A stretch of DNA of 48,409 nt from a virus (taxonomy: Duplodnaviria; Heunggongvirae; Uroviricota; Caudoviricetes): IMG/VR virus record IMGVR_UViG_646564533_000016; one strand, written 5' to 3'. Below, piece after piece: positions 43,042 through 48,409 of this stretch. The notes under the pieces were generated by a model. It was not told the DNA's origin. It was given only the letters and a program-made list of their open reading frames with translations, and did no database searches. The number at the start of each line of letters is the position of its first letter. Position 1 is the first letter of the stretch. The position numbers and the translations under genes are program-made.

Positions 43042-43641
43042 ATGCGTAAACTTTATGCCGCCATTTTGTCCGCAGCCATTTGTCTGGCCGTATCCGGTGC
43101 GCCTGCATGGGCGTCTGAACATCAGTCCACGCTGAGCGCGGGGTATCTTCATGCCCGGACGAACGTTCCCGGCAGCGATGATCTGAACGGGATTAACGTG
43201 AAATACCGTTATGAGTTTACGGACACACTGGGGATGGTGACGTCTTTCAGCTATGCAGGAGACAAGAATCGCCAGCTGACCCATTACAGCGATACCCGCT
43301 GGCATGAAGATTCCGTGCGTAACCGCTGGTTCAGCGTAATGGCGGGGCCGTCTGTGCGCGTGAATGAATGGTTCAGCGCGTATGCGATGGCGGGTGTGGC
43401 TTACAGCCGTGTGTCGACTTTCTCCGGGGATTATCTCCGCGTAACTGACAACAAGGGGAAAACGCACGACGTGCTGACCGGAAGTGATGACGGTCGCCAC
43501 AGCAACACGTCTCTGGCGTGGGGAGCTGGCGTGCAGTTTAACCCGACCGAATCCGTGGCCATTGATATTGCTTATGAAGGCTCCGGCAGTGGCGACTGGC
43601 GCACTGACGGTTTCATCGTGGGTGTCGGTTATAAATTCTGA
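43042..43641 (+). CDS. lom: Outer-membrane protein Lom (Ail/Lom family)
   Basis: Signal peptide MRKLYAAILSAAICLAVSGAPAWA; beta-barrel ending GYKF; lambda lom position. Confidence 0.93.
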   Translation: MRKLYAAILSAAICLAVSGAPAWASEHQSTLSAGYLHARTNVPGSDDLNGINVKYRYEFTDTLGMVTSFSYAGDKNRQLTHYSDTRWHEDSVRNRWFSVMAGPSVRVNEWFSAYAMAGVAYSRVSTFSGDYLRVTDNKGKTHDVLTGSDDGRHSNTSLAWGAGVQFNPTESVAIDIAYEGSGSGDWRTDGFIVGVGYKF

Positions 43642-43666
43642 TTAGCCAGGTAACACAGTGTTATGA

Positions 43667-43694
43667 CAGCCCGCTGGTTCAGGCGGGCTTTTTT
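43667..43694 (+). terminator. Intrinsic terminator after lom
   Basis: AGCCCGC-TGGTTCA-GGCGGGCT hairpin followed by TTTTTT. Confidence 0.8.
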
Positions 43695-43705
43695 GTGGGG
43701 TGAAT

Positions 43706-46534
43706 ATGGCAGTAAAGATTTCAGGTGTACTGAAAGACGGTGCAGGTAAACCGGTACAGAACTGCACAATCCAGCTGAAAGCAAAACGTAACAGCACCAC
43801 GGTGGTGGTGAACACGGTGGCATCTGAAAATCCGGATGAAGCAGGGCGTTACAGCATGGACGTTGAGCACGGCCAGTACAGCGTTATTCTGTTGGTGGAG
43901 GGATTCCCGCCGTCACATGCCGGGACCATCACCGTGTATGAAGATTCTCAACCCGGTACGCTGAATGATTTTCTCGGTGCCATGACGGAGGATGATGCCC
44001 GTCCGGAGGCACTGCGCCGTTTTGAACTGATGGTGGAAGAGGTGGCGCGTAACGCGTCCGCAGTGGCACAGGACACGGCAGCCGCGAAGAAGTCAGCCAG
44101 CGATGCCGGCACATCAGCCCGTGAGGCGGCAACCCATGCGACTGATGCTGCAGGCTCAGCACGCGCAGCCAGCACGTCAGCCGGACAGGCCGCGTCGTCG
44201 GCTCAGTCAGCGTCTTCCAGCGCAGGAACGGCATCAGCAAAGGCCACTGAAGCATCAAAAAGTGCTGCCGCTGCAGAGTCCTCAAAAAGCGCGGCGGCTA
44301 CCAGTGCCGGTGCGGCGAAAACGTCAGAAACGAATGCGGCAGCGTCACAACAATCAGCAGCCACTTCTGCATCCACCGCGACCACGAAAGCGTCAGAAGC
44401 AGCCACTTCAGCACGGGATGCGTCGGCTTCAAAAGAGGCAGCGAAATCATCAGAAACGAACGCATCCTCGAGCGCCAGTAGTTCCGCTTCCTCGGCAACG
44501 GCGGCAGCAAATTCCGCGAAGGCGGCAAAAACGTCCGAGACGAACGCCAGGTCTTCTGAAACGGCAGCGGGACAGAGTGCCTCAGCTGCGGCAGGCTCAA
44601 AAACAGCGGCTGCATCATCTGCCAGTGCCGCGTCAACAAGTGCCGGGCAGGCCTCAGCCAGTGCCACCGCCGCCGGAAAATCGGCAGAAAGTGCTGCATC
44701 GTCTGCTTCAACAGCCACAACGAATGCTGGCGAAGCCGCTGTACAGGCCAGCGCAGCAGCGAGGTCTGCTTCCGCAGCGAAGACATCCGAGACGAACGCG
44801 AAAGCGTCGGAAACCAGCGCAGAATCCTCAAAAACGGCTGCCGCATCGTCCGCCAGTTCGGCGGCGTCATCGGCATCATCTGCGTCTGCTTCAAAAGATG
44901 AGGCGACCAGACAGGCGTCAGCAGCAAAGGGCAGCGCCACGACGGCATCCACGAAGGCGACAGAGGCAGCTGGCAGTGCGACGGCGGCAGCTCAGAGCAA
45001 AAGTACGGCGGAATCCGCGGCAACGCGCGCCGAGACAGCGGCAAAACGGGCAGAGGATATTGCATCCGCCGTGGCGCTTGAGGATGCGAGCACGACGAAA
45101 AAGGGGATAGTACAGCTCAGCAGTGCGACTAACAGCACTTCCGAGTCACTGGCGGCAACGCCAAAAGCCGTTAAGGCCGCGTATGACCTGGCTAGCGGGA
45201 AATATACCGCTCAGGACGCTACGACAGCACAAAAAGGAATTGTCCAGCTCAGTAGTGCAACCAACAGCGCATCTGAAACGCTTGCTGCGACACCGAAAGC
45301 AGTGAAAGCAGCTAATGACAATGCGAATGGTCGGGTACCTTCTGCCCGTAAGGTGAATGGTAAGGCGCTTTCAGCGGATATAACACTGACACCGAAAGAT
45401 ATTGGTACGCTTAACTCAACAACTATGTCATTTAGCGGTGGTGCTGGTTGGTTCAAATTAGCAACGGTAACCATGCCGCAGGCGAGTTCTGTTGTTTCAA
45501 TTACGTTGATTGGTGGGGCTGGATATAACGTCGGTTCACCTCAACAGGCAGGTATATCTGAACTTGTTTTGCGTGCAGGTAATGGTAACCCGAAGGGGAT
45601 TACTGGTGCTTTATGGCAGCGCACTTCGGCAGGGTTTACAAATTTTGCCTGGGTCAATACATCTGGTGATACTTACGATATTTACGTTGCAATCGGAAAT
45701 TATGCGACTGGTGTAAATATTCAATGGGATTATACCAGTAATGCCAGCGTGACGATTCATACGTCACCAGCATATTCTGCTAATAAGCCGGAAGGGTTAA
45801 CGGACGGTACAGTTTATTCACTCTATACGCCATCAGAGCAGTTTTATCCGCCTGGCGCACCAATCCCGTGGCCATCGGATACCGTTCCGTCTGGTTATGC
45901 CCTGATGCAGGGGCAGACTTTTGACAAATCTGCCTACCCGAAACTTGCAGTCGCTTATCCGTCAGGCGTGATCCCTGATATGCGTGGCTGGACGATTAAG
46001 GGCAAGCCCGCCAGTGGTCGTACCGTATTGTCTCAGGAACAGGACGGCATTAAATCGCACACCCACAGCGCCAGCGCATCCAGTACGGATTTGGGTACGA
46101 AAACCACATCGTCGTTTGATTACGGCACTAAATCCACGAATAACACCGGGGCGCATACGCACAGTCTGAGCGGCTCTACAAGCTCGGCCGGAGCACACTC
46201 GCACGTTGATGGTCGCAGGTTTAATACAAGCACTTTTAAAGACACCTATCAGTATGGTTCTACAGCTGTCGGAAGTAACTCATACCAGGTACAAGGGGCG
46301 GTTGGTCTGGGCATTGGCACGATGGCGAATACGAACTCTGCTGGCGCGCATACCCACTCACTGTCCGGCACTGCTGCAAGCGCAGGTGCACACGCACATA
46401 CTGTCGGTATTGGTGCTCATACGCACTCCGTTGCGATTGGCTCACATGGACACACCATCACCGTTAACGCTGCTGGTAACGCGGAAAACACCGTCAAAAA
46501 CATCGCATTTAACTATATTGTGAGGCTTGCATAA
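43706..46534 (+). CDS. stf: Side tail fibre protein Stf (full length) with Ala/Ser-rich repeat shaft and His-rich C-terminal motifs
   Basis: [38 protein letters not shown]... matches lambda Stf; KTSETNA repeats; AHTHSLSG motifs. Confidence 0.93.
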   Translation: MAVKISGVLKDGAGKPVQNCTIQLKAKRNSTTVVVNTVASENPDEAGRYSMDVEHGQYSVILLVEGFPPSHAGTITVYEDSQPGTLNDFLGAMTEDDARPEALRRFELMVEEVARNASAVAQDTAAAKKSASDAGTSAREAATHATDAAGSARAASTSAGQAASSAQSASSSAGTASAKATEASKSAAAAESSKSAAATSAGAAKTSETNAAASQQSAATSASTATTKASEAATSARDASASKEAAKSSETNASSSASSSASSATAAANSAKAAKTSETNARSSETAAGQSASAAAGSKTAAASSASAASTSAGQASASATAAGKSAESAASSASTATTNAGEAAVQASAAARSASAAKTSETNAKASETSAESSKTAAASSASSAASSASSASASKDEATRQASAAKGSATTASTKATEAAGSATAAAQSKSTAESAATRAETAAKRAEDIASAVALEDASTTKKGIVQLSSATNSTSESLAATPKAVKAAYDLASGKYTAQDATTAQKGIVQLSSATNSASETLAATPKAVKAANDNANGRVPSARKVNGKALSADITLTPKDIGTLNSTTMSFSGGAGWFKLATVTMPQASSVVSITLIGGAGYNVGSPQQAGISELVLRAGNGNPKGITGALWQRTSAGFTNFAWVNTSGDTYDIYVAIGNYATGVNIQWDYTSNASVTIHTSPAYSANKPEGLTDGTVYSLYTPSEQFYPPGAPIPWPSDTVPSGYALMQGQTFDKSAYPKLAVAYPSGVIPDMRGWTIKGKPASGRTVLSQEQDGIKSHTHSASASSTDLGTKTTSSFDYGTKSTNNTGAHTHSLSGSTSSAGAHSHVDGRRFNTSTFKDTYQYGSTAVGSNSYQVQGAVGLGIGTMANTNSAGAHTHSLSGTAASAGAHAHTVGIGAHTHSVAIGSHGHTITVNAAGNAENTVKNIAFNYIVRLA

Positions 46535-47109
46535 TGGCATTCAGAATGAGTGAACAAGCACGGACCATAAAAATTTATAATCTGCTGGCCGGAACTAATG
46601 AATTTATTGGTGAAGGTGACGCATATATTCCGCCTCATACAGGTCTGCCAGCAAACAGTACCGATATTGCACCGCCAGATATTCCGGCTGGCTTCGTGGC
46701 TGTTTTCAACAGTGATGAGTCATCGTGGCATCTCGTTGAAGATCATCGGGGTAAAACGGTTTATGACGTGGCTTCCGGCGATGCGTTATTTATTTCTGAA
46801 CTCGGTCCGTTACCGGAAAATGTTACCTGGTTATCGCCGGAAGGGGAGTTTCAGAAGTGGAACGGCACAGCCTGGGTGAAGGATACGGAAGCAGAAAAAC
46901 TGTTCCGGATCCGGGAGGCGGAAGAAACAAAAAACAACCTGATGCAGGTAGCCAGTGAGCATATTGCGCCGCTTCAGGATGCTGCAGATCTGGAAATTGC
47001 AACGGAGGAAGAAATCTCGTTGCTGGAAGCATGGAAAAAGTATCGGGTATTGCTGAACCGTGTTGATACGTCAACTGCACAGGATATTGAATGGCCAGCA
47101 CTGCCGTAG
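46534..47109 (+). CDS. tfa: Tail fibre assembly protein Tfa
   Basis: 191 aa; TAATG overlap with stf; lambda tfa position. Confidence 0.9.
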   Translation: MAFRMSEQARTIKIYNLLAGTNEFIGEGDAYIPPHTGLPANSTDIAPPDIPAGFVAVFNSDESSWHLVEDHRGKTVYDVASGDALFISELGPLPENVTWLSPEGEFQKWNGTAWVKDTEAEKLFRIREAEETKNNLMQVASEHIAPLQDAADLEIATEEEISLLEAWKKYRVLLNRVDTSTAQDIEWPALP

Positions 47110-47206
47110 GGTAAAACATATAAATTCTATAATTAGATGTATCTTTCCATTTACGGCAAGGAAGGGGGCTTGGAAGACGTAAAGCATCTCACACCGAGAT
47201 TATTTT

Positions 47207-47797
47207 TTATATGTCAGGTGTCTGAAGTTTTGCTTTGGCTCTTAAAATGGTTTGCCGCGAGGTTTTGAATTCCCGGGCAATGGCACTTATACTTACACCT
47301 GACTTAATTCGTTCGAATACCACCTGTTTCTGTTCTTCATTTAACACAGGTGGTCGACCAAAACGTTTCCCTGCGCCGCGGGCTCTTACTATCCCGGAAT
47401 GAGTGCGTTCAAGTAAAAGGTCTCGTTCAAATTCAGCGACTGCTGAAATTACTTGCATCATCATTTTTCCTGTTGGACTGGTCAGGTCAATGCCCCCCAA
47501 TGCTAAGCAATGCACTCTGATACCTGTTTCGGTCAGTTGTTCCACTGTTTTCCTGATATCCATTGCATTACAACCAAGGCGATCCAGTTTTGTCACAATC
47601 AATTGATCACCACATTTCAGGCGAGCAAGCAACCGGTTAAAACCAGGACGCTCACTGGTTGCTGCTGAGCCGCTAATGTGTTCTTCGATTATTTGCTGAG
47701 GTTTGATTTTAAAACCTGCACTTTCGATTTCCCGGCGTTGATTTTCGGTGGTCTGATCCAGCGTTGATATCCGACAGTAAGCAAAAATTCGAGACAT
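47207..47797 (-). CDS. pin: Serine recombinase / DNA invertase, Pin (Hin/Gin) family
   Basis: [20 protein letters not shown] (catalytic Ser region) and C-terminal HTH ([19 protein letters not shown]). Confidence 0.92.
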
Positions 47798-48175
47798 AGT
47801 GAGACTCTATACGAAATTGGTGTACATATCATAATGCATATCCAAAAATTATTTCGCTTATTATTGTACATATTTGTATGTATACGTTCGAAAATAAACG
47901 AATTCGGATGCAGTCCCGTAATTTTGGTGTAACCAAAAATCGATTTTTTGAAAAATGGCTTTAACTCGGTTTGTTTTTCGAACTCCGGGCGGACTCGAGG
48001 AAGACGAATAATAGTGTTGTATGTTATTTCAACCAGATTTTAAGTTGTTTGGTCGTGGAAAAGTGGAGCAAAATGTTGTTAAAGTGGAAAAATGGTAAAA
48101 AAAGTATGTTGTTGCGGAATAACGTAGTTGTTGATATTTTTTTAATGCATTGAAAAATTATTTTTCAGGGGGGTA

Positions 48176-48409
48176 TTACACTTTACCATTTAAATTTTGG
48201 TTGTCTTTAAGAACTGATATCGCTGTTTGTAATAATTCTTTGTTATCCAGCCATGACTTTTTCTTTATGTTTCCTTCAATGTAATCAAGCAATGTTCTGG
48301 TATTGATAGGTCTTCCCTGTTTTGCTACTTCCACGACAGCATCTCCCAGGATAATTCTGACTTCAGGAAGCTGCGCAGGGAACCACTTTAGGGTGTCTTT
48401 TGATTTCAT
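48176..48409 (-). CDS. ydfK: YdfK/YnaE-family cold-shock-inducible prophage protein
   Basis: MKSKDTLKWFPAQLPEVRIILGDAVVEVAKQGRPINTRTLLDYIEGNIKK...; start codon is the last three bases of the window. Confidence 0.85.
   Translation of the reverse strand: MKSKDTLKWFPAQLPEVRIILGDAVVEVAKQGRPINTRTLLDYIEGNIKKKSWLDNKELLQTAISVLKDNQNLNGKV

Noticed and set aside
44103-45110. 335-aa Arg/Pro/Gln-rich ORF on the plus strand, plus 249-aa and 255-aa minus-strand ORFs (44203..44952, 44298..45065)
   Set aside because: All lie inside the repetitive Ala/Ser-coding shaft of stf. Their low-complexity translations are what GC-rich repeat DNA gives in alternative frames; stf itself is collinear with lambda Stf.
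47238-47275. gix/hix-like half-site (GAGGTTTTGAATTC) as a Pin crossover site
   Set aside because: Only one half resembles the gix consensus, the partner half is not symmetric, and it lies inside the pin coding sequence; likely chance.

Overview
Almost the whole window is one lambdoid prophage of an Escherichia-type host, inserted into the 5' end of the host prfC gene (left junction near 157). Reading left to right: a P4-type tyrosine integrase (386..1609); a 1275-aa SIR2-domain protein (1792..5619) sitting as cargo between int and a convergent AlpA/Xis-like excisionase (5822..6016); a minus-strand early-left operon (YfdP/Q/R/S-like genes); an immunity region (cI with S24 peptidase domain, cro, CII-like); an O-like replication initiator with internal iterons; Dam methylase, LexA-type DNA-binding protein, RusA, KilA-N and DUF968 genes; antiterminator Q with a pR'/tR' late control unit; cold-shock morons (cspF/cspB/cspI-like); a phage-21-type lysis cassette (pinholin, SAR endolysin, Rz/Rz1); cos; and a lambda-collinear packaging/head/tail module (Nu1, A, W, B, C/Nu3, D, E, FI, FII, Z, U, V, G/GT, H, M, L, K, I, J, lom, stf, tfa), ending with a Pin-type invertase and ydfK. 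The right prophage end is not in the window. The best candidate for a new or poorly described system is the SIR2-domain protein, which looks like a single-gene NAD-depleting defence effector (DSR-like) in the int-xis cargo slot. A second candidate is a low-GC lipoprotein moron inserted between tail genes I and J. All protein assignments rest on reading the translations against remembered family signatures and lambda proteins; no database search was run.
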